Assembly: GCA_964057225.1 (NCBI GenBank)
Contig: OZ059896.1
Span: 1,302,001 to 1,366,000 of the forward strand
DNA: 64,000 nt
Direction: 5' to 3'
Source of the DNA: Auanema rhodensis
Taxonomy: Eukaryota; Animalia; Nematoda
A program made the translations under genes and the position numbers. The number at the start of each line of letters is the position of its first letter. Positions within the stretch are counted from its first letter, which is position 1. Below are positions 28,079 to 42,100 of this stretch, in pieces. The notes below the pieces were generated by a model that saw only the letters and a list, made by a program, of their open reading frames with translations, did no database searches and had not been told where the DNA came from.

Positions 28079-29131
28079 CTTCCAAAAACATTTTGACAAA
28101 AATTTTTTCAAAAAATTTCAAAATAATTTAGCGAAAAGTAGATGTTTTTAGATTCCTTTTTTCAAGGCAAAAACGATGGACAATGTTATTCAACGAAAAA
28201 ATTAATTCTTCAGGGTGAAAACCGAGGATATAAGTGTGAACTTATATCAGTTGATATCTCGGTGCATTTTTAAGCTAGCGGAAATTTGATAACACAGATC
28301 GACGCAGCTTAAAAATCCGCATTGAATGCACTATACTACATTAAGAAACGCTTAATACAAAAATTAGTTATGATCGTTTGAAAAATGATGCATTAGTGTA
28401 TGTTGAGTTTCCATGTACACTCAAAATTGCTTCCAAAAACATTTTGACAAAAATTTTTTCAAAAAATTTCAGAATAATTTAGCGAAAAGTAGATGTTTTT
28501 AGATTCCTTTTTTCAAGGCAAAAACGATGGACAATGTTATTCAACGAAAAAATTAATTCTTCAGGGTGAAAATCGAGGATATAGGTGTGAACTTATATCA
28601 GTTGATATCTCGGTGCATTTTTAAGCTAGCGCAAATCTGATAGTACAGATCGACGCAGCTTAATAATCCGCATCGAATGCACTATACTACATTGAGAAAC
28701 GCTTAATACAAAAATTAGTTATGATCTTTTGAAAAATGATGCATTAGTGTATGTTGAGTTTCCATGTACACTCAAAATTGCTTCCAAAAACATTTTGACA
28801 AAAATTTTTTCGAAAAATTTCAAAATAATTTAGCAAAAAGTAGATGTTTTTAGATTCCTTTTTTCGAGGCAAAAACGATGGACAATGTTATTCAACGAAA
28901 AAATTAATTCTTCAGGGTGAAAATCGAGGATATAAGTGTGAACTTATATCAGTTGATATCTCGGTGCATTTTCGAGCTAGCGCAAATCTGATAGTACAGA
29001 TCGACGCAGCTTAAAAATTCGCATCGAATGCACTATACTACATTGAGAAACGCTTAATACAAAAATAAGTTATGATCGTTTGAAAAATGATGCATTTGTG
29101 TATGTTGAGTTTCCATGTACACTCCAAATTG
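24920..29131. repeat. 6-mer duplication (2106 bp): monomers 72-77 and 78-83
   Basis: 'acttatagcag' at 25088 and 27194; 'aaagattttag' with 'tttaaaggc', 'gtacattcaa' and 'tttcagaata' are each repeated 2106 bp later. Confidence 0.92.
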
Positions 29132-31939
29132 CTTCCAAAAACATTTTGACAAAAATTTTTTCGAAAAATTTCAAAATAATTTAGCGAAAAGTAGATGTTT
29201 TTAGATTCCTTTTTTCGAGGCAAAAACGAAGGACAATGTAATTCAACGAAAAAATTAATTCTTCAGGGTGAAAATCGAGGATATAAGTGTGAACTTATAT
29301 CAGTTCATATCTCGGTGCATTTTCAAGCTAGCGCAAATCTGATAGTACAGATCGACGCAGCTTAAAAATCCGCATCGAATGCACTATACTACATTGAGAA
29401 ACGCTCAATACAAAAATAAGTTATGATCGTTTGAAAAATGATGCATTAGTGTATGTTGAGTTTCCATGTACACTCAAAATTGCTTCCAAAAACATTTTGA
29501 CAAAAATTTTTTCGAAAAATTTCAAAATAATTTAGCAAAAAGTAGATGTTTTTAGATTCCTTTTTTCAAGGCAAAAACAATGGACAATGTTATTCAACGA
29601 AAAAATTAATTCTTCAGGGTGAAAATCGAGGATATAGGTGTGAACTTATATCAGTTGATATCTCGGTGCATTTTCAAGCCAGCGCAAATCTGATAGTACA
29701 GATCGACGCAGCTTAAAAATCCGCATCGAATGCACTATACTACATTGAGAAACGCTTAATACAAAAATTAGTTATGATCGTTTGAAAAATGATGCATTAG
29801 TGTATGTTGAGTTTCCATGTACACTCCAAATTGCTTCCAAAAACATTTTGACAAAAATTTTTTCGAAAAATTTCAAAATAATTTAGCGAAAAGTAGATGT
29901 TTTTAGATTCCTTTTTTCAAGGCAAAAACAATGGACAATGTTATTCAACGAAAAAATTAATTCTTCAGGGTGAAAATCGAGGATATAGGTGTGAACTTAT
30001 ATCAGTTGATATCTCGGTGCATTTTCAAGCTAGCGCAAATCTGATAGTACAGATCGACGCAGCTCAAAAATCCGCATCGAATGCACTATACTACATTGAG
30101 AAACGCTTAATACAAAAATTAGTTATGATCGTTTGAAAAATGATGCTTTAGTGTATGTTGAGTTTCCATGTACACTCAAAATTGCTTCCAAAAACATTTT
30201 GACAAAAATTTTTTCAAAAAATTTCAAAATAATTTAGCGAAAAGTAGATGTTTTTAGATTCCTTTTTTCAAGGCAAAAACGATGGACAATGTTATTCAAC
30301 GAAAAAATTAATTCTTCAGGGTGAAAATCGAGGATATATGTGTGAACTTATATCAGTTGATATCTCGGTGCATTTTTAAGCTAGCGCAAATCTGATAGTA
30401 CAGATCGACGCAGCTTAATAATCCGCATCGAATGCACTATACTACATTGAGAAACGCTTAATACAAAAATAAGTTATGATCGTTTGAAAAATGATGCATT
30501 AGTGTATGTTGAGTTTCCATGTACACTCAAAATTGCTTCCAAAAACATTTTGACAAAAATTTTTTCGAAAAATTTCAAAATAATTTAGCAAAAAGTAGAT
30601 GTTTTTAGATTCCTTTTTTCGAGGCAAAAACGATGGACAATGTTATTCAACAAAAAAATCAATTCTTCAGGGTGAAAATCGAGGATATAAGTGTGAACTT
30701 ATATCAGTTGATATCTCGGTGCATTTTCGAGCTAGCGCAAATCTGATAGTACAGATCGACGCAGCTTAAAAATCCGCATCGAATGCACTATACTACATTG
30801 AGAAACGCTTAATACAAAAATAAGTTATGATCGTTTGAAAAATGATGCATTAGTGTATGTTGAGTTTCCATGTACACTCAAAATTGCTTCCAAAAACATT
30901 TTGACAAAAATTTTTTCGAAAAATTTCAAAATAATTTAGCAAAAAGTAGATGTTTTTAGATTCCTTTTTTCAAGGCAAAAACGATGGACAATGTTATTCA
31001 ACGAAAAAATTAATTCTTCAGGGTGAAAATAGAGGATATAGGTGTAAACTTATATCAGTTGATATCTCGGTGCATTTTCAAGCCAGCGCAAATCTGATAG
31101 TACAGATCGACGCAGCTGAAAAATCCGCATCGAATGCACTATACTACATTGAGAAACGCTTAATACAAAAATTAGTTATGATCGTTTGAAAAATGATGCA
31201 TTAGTGTATGTTGAGTTTCCATGTACACTCAAAATTGCTTCCAAAAACATTTTGACAAAAATTTTTTCGAAAAATTTCAAAATAATTTAGCAAAAAGTAG
31301 ATGTTTTTAGATTCCTTTTTTCAAGGCAAAAACGATGGACAATGTTATTCAACGAAAAAATTAATTCTTCAGGGTGAAAATAGAGGATATAGGTGTAAAC
31401 TTATATCAGTTGATATCTCGGTGCATTTTCAAGCCAGCGCAAATCTGATAGTACAGATCGACGCAGCTGAAAAATCCGCATCGAATGCACTATACTACAT
31501 TGAGAAACGCTTAATACAAAAATTAGTTATGATCGTTTGAAAAATGATGCATTAGTGTATGTTGAGTTTCCATGTACACTCCAAATTGCTTCCAAAAACA
31601 TTTTGACAAAAATTTTTTCGAAAAATTTCAAAATAATTTAGCGAAAAGTAGATGTTTTTAGATTCCTTTTTTCGAGGCAAAAACGATGGACAATGTTATT
31701 CAACGAAAAAATTAATTCTTCAGGGTGAAAATCGAGGATATAAGTGTGAACTTATATCAGTTGATATCTCGGTGCATTTTCAAGCTAGCGCAAATCTGAT
31801 AGTACAGATCGACGCAGCTTAAAAATCCGCATCGAATGCACTATACTACATTGAGAAACGCTTAATACAAAAATTAGTTATGATCGTTTGAAAAATGATG
31901 CATTAGTGTATGTTGAGTTTCCATGTACACTCAAAATTG

Positions 31940-34900
31940 CTTCCAAAAACATTTTGACAAAAATTTTTTCAAAAAATTTCAAAATAATTTAGCGAAAAGT
32001 AGATGTTTTTAGATTCCTTTTTTCAAGGCAAAAACGATGGACAATGTTATTCAACGAAAAAATTAATTCTTCAGGGTGAAAATCGAGGATATAGGTGTGA
32101 ACTTATATCAGTTGATATCTCGGTGCATTTTTAAGCTAGCGCAAATCTGATAGTACAGATCGACGCAGCTTAATAATCCACATCGAATGCACTATACTAA
32201 ATTGAGAAACGCTTAATACAAAAATTAGTTATGATCTTTTGAAAAATGATGCATTAGTGTATGTTGAGTTTCCATGTACACTCAAAATTGCTTCCAAAAA
32301 CATTTTGACAAAAATTTTTTCAAAAAATTTCAAAATAATTTAGCGAAAAGTAGATGTTTTTAGATTCCTTTTTTCAAGGCAAAAACGATGGACAATGTTA
32401 TTCAACGAAAAAATTAATTCTTCAGGGTGAAAATCGAGGATATAAGTGTGAACTTATATCAGTTGATATCTCGGTGCATTTTCAAGCTAGCGCAAATCTG
32501 ATAGTACAGATCGACGCAGCTTAAAAATCCGCATCGAATGCACTATACTACATTGAGAAACGCTTAATACAAAAATTAGTTATGATCGTTTGAAAAATGA
32601 TGCATTAGTGTATGTTGAGTTTCCATGTACACTCCAAATTGCTTCCAAAAACATTTTGACAAAAATTTTTTCGAAAAATTTCAAAATAATTTAGCGAAAA
32701 GTAGATGTTTTTAGATTCCTTTTTTCGAGGCAAAAACGATGGACAATGTTATTCAACGAAAAAATTAATTCTTCGGGGTGAAAATCGAGGATATATGTGT
32801 GAACTTATATCAGTTGATATCTCGGTGCATTTTCAAGCTAGCGCAAATCTGATAGTACAGATCGACGCAGCTTAAAAATCCGCATCGAATGCACTATACT
32901 ACATTGAGAAACGCTTAATACAAAAATTAGTTATGATCGTTTGAAAAATGATGCATTAGTGTATGTTGAGTTTCCATGTACACTCAAAATTGCTTCCAAA
33001 AACATTTTGACAAAAATTTTTTCGAAAAATTTCAAAATAATTTAGCAAAAAGTAGATGTTTTTAGATTCCTTTTTTCAAGGCAAAAACGATGGACAATGT
33101 TATTCAACGAAAAAATTAATTCTTCAGGGTGAAAATAGAGGATATAGGTGTAAACTTATATCAGTTGATATCTCGGTGCATTTTCAAGCCAGCGCAAATC
33201 TGATAGTACAGATCGACGCAGCTGAAAAATCCGCATCGAATGCACTATACTACATTGAGAAACGCTTAATACAAAAATTAGTTATGATCGTTTGAAAAAT
33301 GATGCATTAGTGTATGTTGAGTTTCCATGTACACTCAAAATTGCTTCCAAAAACATTTTGACAAAAATTTTTTCAAAAAATTTCAAAATAATTTAGCGAA
33401 AAGTAGATGTTTTTAGATTCCTTTTTTCAAGGCAAAAACGATGGACAATGTTATTCAACGAAAAAATTAATTCTTCAGGGTGAAAATCGAGGATATAGGT
33501 GTGAACTTATATCAGTTGATATCTCGGTGCATTTTTAAGCTAGCGCAAATCTGATAGTACAGATCGACGCAGCTTAATAATCCACATCGAATGCACTATA
33601 CTAAATTGAGAAACGCTTAATACAAAAATTAGTTATGATCTTTTGAAAAATGATGCATTAGTGTATGTTGAGTTTCCATGTACACTCAAAATTGCTTCCA
33701 AAAACATTTTGACAAAAATTTTTTCAAAAAATTTCAAAATAATTTAGCGAAAAGTAGATGTTTTTAGATTCCTTTTTTCAAGGCAAAAACGATGGACAAT
33801 GTTATTCAACGAAAAAATTAATTCTTCAGGGTGAAAATCGAGGATATAAGTGTGAACTTATATCAGTTGATATCTCGGTGCATTTTCAAGCTAGCGCAAA
33901 TCTGATAGTACAGATCGACGCAGCTTAAAAATCCGCATCGAATGCACTATACTACATTGAGAAACGCTTAATACAAAAATTAGTTATGATCGTTTGAAAA
34001 ATGATGCATTAGTGTATGTTGAGTTTCCATGTACACTCCAAATTGCTTCCAAAAACATTTTGACAAAAATTTTTTCGAAAAATTTCAAAATAATTTAGCG
34101 AAAAGTAGATGTTTTTAGATTCCTTTTTTCGAGGCAAAAACGATGGACAATGTTATTCAACGAAAAAATTAATTCTTCGGGGTGAAAATCGAGGATATAT
34201 GTGTGAACTTATATCAGTTGATATCTCGGTGCATTTTCAAGCTAGCGCAAATCTGATAGTACAGATCGACGCAGCTTAAAAATCCGCATCGAATGCACTA
34301 TACTACATTGAGAAACGCTTAATACAAAAATTAGTTATGATCGTTTGAAAAATGATGCATTAGTGTATGTTGAGTTTCCATGTACACTCAAAATTGCTTC
34401 CAAAAACATTTTGACAAAAATTTTTTCGAAAAATTTCAAAATAATTTAGCAAAAAGTAGATGTTTTTAGATTCCTTTTTTCGAGGCAAAAACGATGGACA
34501 ATGTTATTCAACGAAAAAATTAATTCTTCAGGGTGAAAAGCGAGGATATAAGTGTGAACTTATATCAGTTGATATCTCGGTGCATTTTCGAGCTAGCGCA
34601 AATCTGATAGTACAGATCGACGCAGCTTAAAAATCCGCATCGAATGCACTATACTAAATTGAGAAACGCTTAATACAAAAATTAGTTATGATCGTTTGAA
34701 AAATGATGCATTAGTGTATGTTGAGTTTCCATGTACACTCAACATTGCTTCCAAAAACATTTTGACAAAAATTTTTTCGAAAATTTCAGAATAATTTAGC
34801 AAAAAGTAGATGTTTTTAGATTCCTTTTTTCAAGGCAAAAACGATGGACAATGTTATTCAACGAAAAAATTAATTCTTCAGGGTGAAAATCGAGGATATA

Positions 34901-36149
34901 GGTGTGAACTTATATCAGTTGATATCTCGGTGCATTTTCAAGCTAGCGCAAATCTGATAGTACAGATCGACGCAGCTTAAAAATCCGCATCGAATGCACT
35001 ATACTACATTGAGAAACGCTTAATACAAAAATTAGTTATGATCGTTTGAAAAATGATGCATTAGTGTATGTTGAGTTTCCATGTACACTCAAAATTGCTT
35101 CCAAAAACATTTTGACAAAAATTTTTTCGAAAAATTTCAAAATAATTTAGCGAAAAGTAGATGTTTTTAGATTCCTTTTTTCGAGGCAAAAACGATGGAC
35201 AATGTTATTCAACGAAAAAATTAATTCTTCGGGGTGAAAATCGAGGATATATGTGTGAACTTATATCAGTTGATATCTCGGTGCATTTTCAAGCTAGCGC
35301 AAATCTGATAGTACAGATCGACGCAGCTTAAAAATCCGCATCGAATGCACTATACTACATTGAGAAACGCTTAATACAAAAATTAGTTATGATCGTTTGA
35401 AAAATGATGCATTAGTGTATGTTGAGTTTCCATGTACACTCAAAATTGCTTCCAAAAACATTTTGACAAAAATTTTTTCGAAAAATTTCAAAATAATTTA
35501 GCAAAAAGTAGATGTTTTTAGATTCCTTTTTTCGAGGCAAAAACGATGGACAATGTTATTCAACGAAAAAATTAATTCTTCAGGGTGAAAAGCGAGGATA
35601 TAAGTGTGAACTTATATCAGTTGATATCTCGGTGCATTTTCGAGCTAGCGCAAATCTGATAGTACAGATCGACGCAGCTTAAAAATCCGCATCGAATGCA
35701 CTATACTAAATTGAGAAACGCTTAATACAAAAATTAGTTATGATCGTTTGAAAAATGATGCATTAGTGTATGTTGAGTTTCCATGTACACTCAACATTGC
35801 TTCCAAAAACATTTTGACAAAAATTTTTTCGAAAATTTCAGAATAATTTAGCAAAAAGTAGATGTTTTTAGATTCCTTTTTTCAAGGCAAAAACGATGGA
35901 CAATGTTATTCAACGAAAAAATTAATTCTTCAGGGTGAAAATCGAGGATATAGGTGTGAACTTATATCAGTTGATATCTCGGTGCATTTTCAAGCTAGCG
36001 CAAATCTGATAGTACAGATCGACGCAGCTTAAAAATCCGCATCGAATGCACTATACTACATTGAGAAACGCTTAATACAAAAATTAGTTATGATCGTTTG
36101 AAAAATGATGCATTAGTGTATGTTGAGTTTCCATGTACACTCAAAATTG
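31940..36149. repeat. Overlapping 4-monomer-period (92-94 / 96-98) and 3-monomer-period (98-100 / 101-103) duplications
   Basis: 'atccacatcg' at 32180 and 33584 (1404 bp apart); 'ttcggggtg' with 'tatatgtg' in 94, 98 and 101; deletion with 'ttcagaata' in 100 and 103. Confidence 0.82.
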
Positions 36150-39100
36150 CTTCCAAAAACATTTTGACAAAAATTTTTTCGAAAAATTTCAAAATAATTT
36201 AGCAAAAAGTAGATGTTTTTAGATTCCTTTTTTCGAGGCAAAAACGATGGACAATGTTATTCAACGAAAAAATTAATTCTTCAGGGTGAAAAGCGAGGAT
36301 ATAAGTGTGAACTTATATCAGTTGATATCTCGGTGCATTTTCGAGCTAGCGCAAATCTGATAGTACAGATCGACGCAGCTTAAAAATCCGCATCGAATGC
36401 ACTATACTAAATTGAGAAACGCTTAATACAAAAATTAGTTATGATCGTTTGAAAAATGATGCATTAGTGTATGTTGAGTTTCCATGTACACTCAACATTG
36501 CTTCCAAAAACATTTTGACAAAAATTTTTTCGAAAATTTCAGAATAATTTAGCAAAAAGTAGATGTTTTTAGATTCCTTTTTTCAAGGCAAAAACGATGG
36601 ACAATGTTATTCAACGAAAAAATTAATTCTTCAGGGTGAAAATCGAGGATATAGGTGTGAACTTATATCAGTTGATATCTCGGTGCATTTTCAAGCCAGC
36701 GCAAATCTGATAGTACAGATCGACGCAGCTTAAAAATCCGCATCGAATGCACTATACTACATTAAGAAACGCTTAATACAAAAATTAGTTATGATCGTTT
36801 GAAAAATGATGCATTAGTGTATGTTGAGTTTCCATGTACACTCCAAATTGCTTCCAAAAACATTTTGACAAAAATTTTTTCGAAAAATTTCAAAATAATT
36901 TAGCGAAAAGTAGATGTTTTTAGATTCCTTTTTCTGAGGCAAAAACGATGGACAATGTTATTCAACGAAAAAATTAATTCTTCAGGGTGAAAATCGAGGA
37001 TATAAGTGTGAACTTATATCAGTTGATATCTCGGTGCATTTTTAAGCTAGCGGAAATTTGATAGTACAGATCGACGCAGCTTAAAAATCCGCATCGAATG
37101 CACTATACTACATTGAGAAACGCTTAATACAAAAATTAGTTATGATTGTTTGAAAAATGATGCATTAGTGTATGTTGAGTTTCCATGTACACTCAAAATT
37201 GCTTCCAAAAACATTTTGACAAAAATTTTTTCGAAAAATTTCAAAATAATTTAGCGAAAAGTAGATGTTTTTAGATTCCTTTTTTCAAGGCAAAAACGAT
37301 GGACAATGTTATTCAACAAAAAAATTAATTCTTCAGGGTGAAAATCGAGGATATAGGTGTGAACTTATATCAGTTGATATCTCGGTGCATTTTTAAGCTA
37401 GCGCAAATCTGATAGTACAGATCGACGCAGCTTAATAATCCGCATCGAATGCACTATACGACATTGAGAAACGCTTAATACAAAAATTAGTTATGATCTT
37501 TTGAAAAATGATGCATTAGTGTATGTTGAGTTTCCATGTACACTCAAAATTGCTTCCAAAAACATTTTGACAAAAATTTTTTCGAAAAATTTCAAAATAA
37601 TTTAGCAAAAAGTAGATGTTTTTAGATTCCTTTTTTCGAGGCAAAAACGATGGACAATGTTATTCAACGAAAAAATTAATTCTTCAGGGTGAAAATCGAG
37701 GATATAAGTGTGAACTTATATCAGTTGATATCTCGGTGCATTTTCGAGCTAGCGCAAATCTGATAGTACAGATCGACGCAGCTTAAAAATCCGCATCGAA
37801 TGCACTATACTACATTGAGAAACGCTTAATACAAAAATAAGTTATGATCGTTTGAAAAATGATGCATTAGTGTATGTTGAGTTTCCATGTACACTCAAAA
37901 TTGCTTCCAAAAACATTTTGACAAAAATTTTTTCGAAAAAATTCAAAATAATTTAGCAAAAAGTAGATGTTTTTAGATTCCTTTTTTCAAGGCAAAAACG
38001 ATGGACAATGTTATTCAACAAAAAAATTAATTCTTCAGGGTGAAAATCGAGGATATAGGTGTGAACTTATATCAGTTGAAATCTCGGTGCATTTTCAAGC
38101 CAGCGCAAATCTGATAGTACAGATCGACGCAGCTTAAAAATCCGCATCGAATGCACTATACTACATTGAGAAACGCTCAATACAAAAATTAGTTATGATC
38201 GTTTGAAAAATGATGCATTAGTGTATGTTGAGTTTCCATGTACACTCAACATTGCTTCCAAAAACATTTTGACAAAAATTTTTTCGAAAAATTTCAAAAT
38301 AATTTAGCGAAAAGTAGATGTTTTTAGATTCCTTTTTTTGAGGCAAAAACGATGGACAATGTTATTCAACGAAAAAATTAATTCTTCAGGGTGAAAAGCG
38401 AGGATATAAGTGTGAACTTATATCAGTTGATATCTCGGTGCATTTTCGAGCTAGCGCAAATCTGATAGTACAGATCGACGCAGCTTAAAAATCCGCATCG
38501 AATGCACTATACTAAATTGAGAAACGCTTAATACAAAAATTAGTTATGATCGTTTGAAAAATGATGCATTAGTGTATGTTGAGTTTCCATGTACACTCAA
38601 AATTGCTTCCAAAAACATTTTGACAAAAATTTTTTCGAAAAATTTCAAAATAATTTAGCAAAAAGTAGATGTTTTTAGATTCCTTTTTTCGAGGCAAAAA
38701 CGATGGACAATGTTATTCAACGAAAAAATTAATTCTTCAGGGTGAAAAGCGAGGATATAAGTGTGAACTTATATCAGTTGATATCTCGGTGCATTTTCGA
38801 GCTAGCGCAAATCTGATAGTACAGATCGACGCAGCTTAAAAATCCGCATCGAATGCACTATACTAAATTGAGAAACGCTTAATACAAAAATTAGTTATGA
38901 TCGTTTGAAAAATGATGCATTAGTGTATGTTGAGTTTCCATGTACACTCAACATTGCTTCCAAAAACATTTTGACAAAAATTTTTTCGAAAATTTCAGAA
39001 TAATTTAGCAAAAAGTAGATGTTTTTAGATTCCTTTTTTCAAGGCAAAAACGATGGACAATGTTATTCAACGAAAAAATTAATTCTTCAGGGTGAAAATC

Positions 39101-42100
39101 GAGGATATAGGTGTGAACTTATATCAGTTGATATCTCGGTGCATTTTCAAGCCAGCGCAAATCTGATAGTACAGATCGACGCAGCTTAAAAATCCGCATC
39201 GAATGCACTATACTACATTAAGAAACGCTTAATACAAAAATTAGTTATGATCGTTTGAAAAATGATGCATTAGTGTATGTTGAGTTTCCATGTACACTCA
39301 AAATTGCTTCCAAAAACATTTTGACAAAAATTTTTTCGAAAAAATTCAAAATAATTTAGCAAAAAGTAGATGTTTTTAGATTCCTTTTTTCAAGGCAAAA
39401 ACGATGGACAATGTTATTCAACAAAAAAATTAATTCTTCAGGGTGAAAATCGAGGATATAGGTGTGAACTTATATCAGTTGATATCTCGGTGCATTTTTA
39501 AGCTAGCGCAAATCTGATAGTACAGATCGACGCAGCTTAATAATCCGCATCGAATGCACTATACGACATTGAGAAACGCTTAATACAAAAATTAGTTATG
39601 ATCTTTTGAAAAATGATGCATTAGTGTATGTTGAGTTTCCATGTACACTCAAAATTGCTTCCAAAAACATTTTGACAAAAATTTTTTCGAAAAATTTCAA
39701 AATAATTTAGCAAAAAGTAGATGTTTTTAGATTCCTTTTTTCGAGGCAAAAACGATGGACAATGTTATTCAACGAAAAAATTAATTCTTCAGGGTGAAAA
39801 TCGAGGATATAAGTGTGAACTTATATCAGTTGATATCTCGGTGCATTTTCGAGCTAGCGCAAATCTGATAGTACAGATCGACGCAGCTTAAAAATCCGCA
39901 TCGAATGCACTATACTACATTGAGAAACGCTTAATACAAAAATAAGTTATGATCGTTTGAAAAATGATGCATTAGTGTATGTTGAGTTTCCATGTACACT
40001 CAAAATTGCTTCCAAAAACATTTTGACAAAAATTTTTTCGAAAAAATTCAAAATAATTTAGCAAAAAGTAGATGTTTTTAGATTCCTTTTTTCAAGGCAA
40101 AAACGATGGACAATGTTATTCAACAAAAAAATTAATTCTTCAGGGTGAAAATCGAGGATATAGGTGTGAACTTATATCAGTTGAAATCTCGGTGCATTTT
40201 CAAGCCAGCGCAAATCTGATAGTACAGATCGACGCAGCTTAAAAATCCGCATCGAATGCACTATACTACATTGAGAAACGCTCAATACAAAAATTAGTTA
40301 TGATCGTTTGAAAAATGATGCATTAGTGTATGTTGAGTTTCCATGTACACTCAACATTGCTTCCAAAAACATTTTGACAAAAATTTTTTCGAAAAATTTC
40401 AAAATAATTTAGCGAAAAGTAGATGTTTTTAGATTCCTTTTTTTGAGGCAAAAACGATGGACAATGTTATTCAACGAAAAAATTAATTCTTCAGGGTGAA
40501 AAGCGAGGATATAAGTGTGAACTTATATCAGTTGATATCTCGGTGCATTTTCGAGCTAGCGCAAATCTGATAGTACAGATCGACGCAGCTTAAAAATCCG
40601 CATCGAATGCACTATACTAAATTGAGAAACGCTTAATACAAAAATTAGTTATGATCGTTTGAAAAATGATGCATTAGTGTATGTTGAGTTTCCATGTACA
40701 CTCAAAATTGCTTCCAAAAACATTTTGACAAAAATTTTTTCGAAAAATTTCAAAATAATTTAGCAAAAAGTAGATGTTTTTAGATTCCTTTTTTCGAGGC
40801 AAAAACGATGGACAATGTTATTCAACGAAAAAATTAATTCTTCAGGGTGAAAAGCGAGGATATAAGTGTGAACTTATATCAGTTGATATCTCGGTGCATT
40901 TTCGAGCTAGCGCAAATCTGATAGTACAGATCGACGCAGCTTAAAAATCCGCATCGAATGCACTATACTAAATTGAGAAACGCTTAATACAAAAATTAGT
41001 TATGATCGTTTGAAAAATGATGCATTAGTGTATGTTGAGTTTCCATGTACACTCAACATTGCTTCCAAAAACATTTTGACAAAAATTTTTTCGAAAATTT
41101 CAGAATAATTTAGCAAAAAGTAGATGTTTTTAGATTCCTTTTTTCAAGGCAAAAACGATGGACAATGTTATTCAACGAAAAAATTAATTCTTCAGGGTGA
41201 AAATCGAGGATATAGGTGTGAACTTATATCAGTTGATATCTCGGTGCATTTTCAAGCCAGCGCAAATCTGATAGTACAGATCGACGCAGCTTAAAAATCC
41301 GCATCGAATGCACTATACTACATTAAGAAACGCTTAATACAAAAATTAGTTATGATCGTTTGAAAAATGATGCATTAGTGTATGTTGAGTTTCCATGTAC
41401 ACTCCAAATTGCTTCCAAAAACATTTTGACAAAAATTTTTTCGAAAAATTTCAAAATAATTTAGCGAAAAGTAGATGTTTTTAGATTCCTTTTTTTGAGG
41501 CAAAAACGATGGACAATGTTATTCAACGAAAAAATTAATTCTTCAGGGTGAAAATCGAGGATATAAGTGTGAACTTATATCAGTTGATATCTCGGTGCAT
41601 TTTTAAGCTAGCGGAAATTTGATAGTACAGATCGACGCAGCTTAAAAATCCGCATCGAATGCACTATACTACATTGAGAAACGCTTAATACAAAAATTAG
41701 TTATGATTGTTTGAAAAATGATGCATTAGTGTATGTTGAGTTTCCATGTACACTCAAAATTGCTTCCAAAAACATTTTGACAAAAATTTTTTCGAAAAAT
41801 TTCAAAATAATTTAGCGAAAAGTAGATGTTTTTAGATTCCTTTTTTCAAGGCAAAAACGATGGACAATGTTATTCAACGAAAAAATTAATTCTTCAGGGT
41901 GAAAATCGAGGATATAGGTGTGAACTTATATCAGTTGATATCTCGGTGCATTTTTAAGCTAGCGCAAATCTGATAGTACAGATCGACGCAGCTTAATAAT
42001 CCGCATCGAATGCACTATACTACATTGAGAAACGCTTAATACAAAAATTAGTTATGATTGTTTGAAAAATGATGCATTAGTGTATGTTGAGTTTCCATGT

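Noticed and set aside
29038-29223. 61-aa minus-strand ORF
   Set aside because: Produced by a private change ('gcatttgtg') that removes a minus-strand stop; TTG start; single occurrence.
29897-33295. 79-aa ORFs at 29897, 30950, 31301 and 33056 as protein-coding genes
   Set aside because: They lie in ordinary monomers and exist only through loss of a TAA that is present in nearly all other copies. No recognisable domain or gene context.
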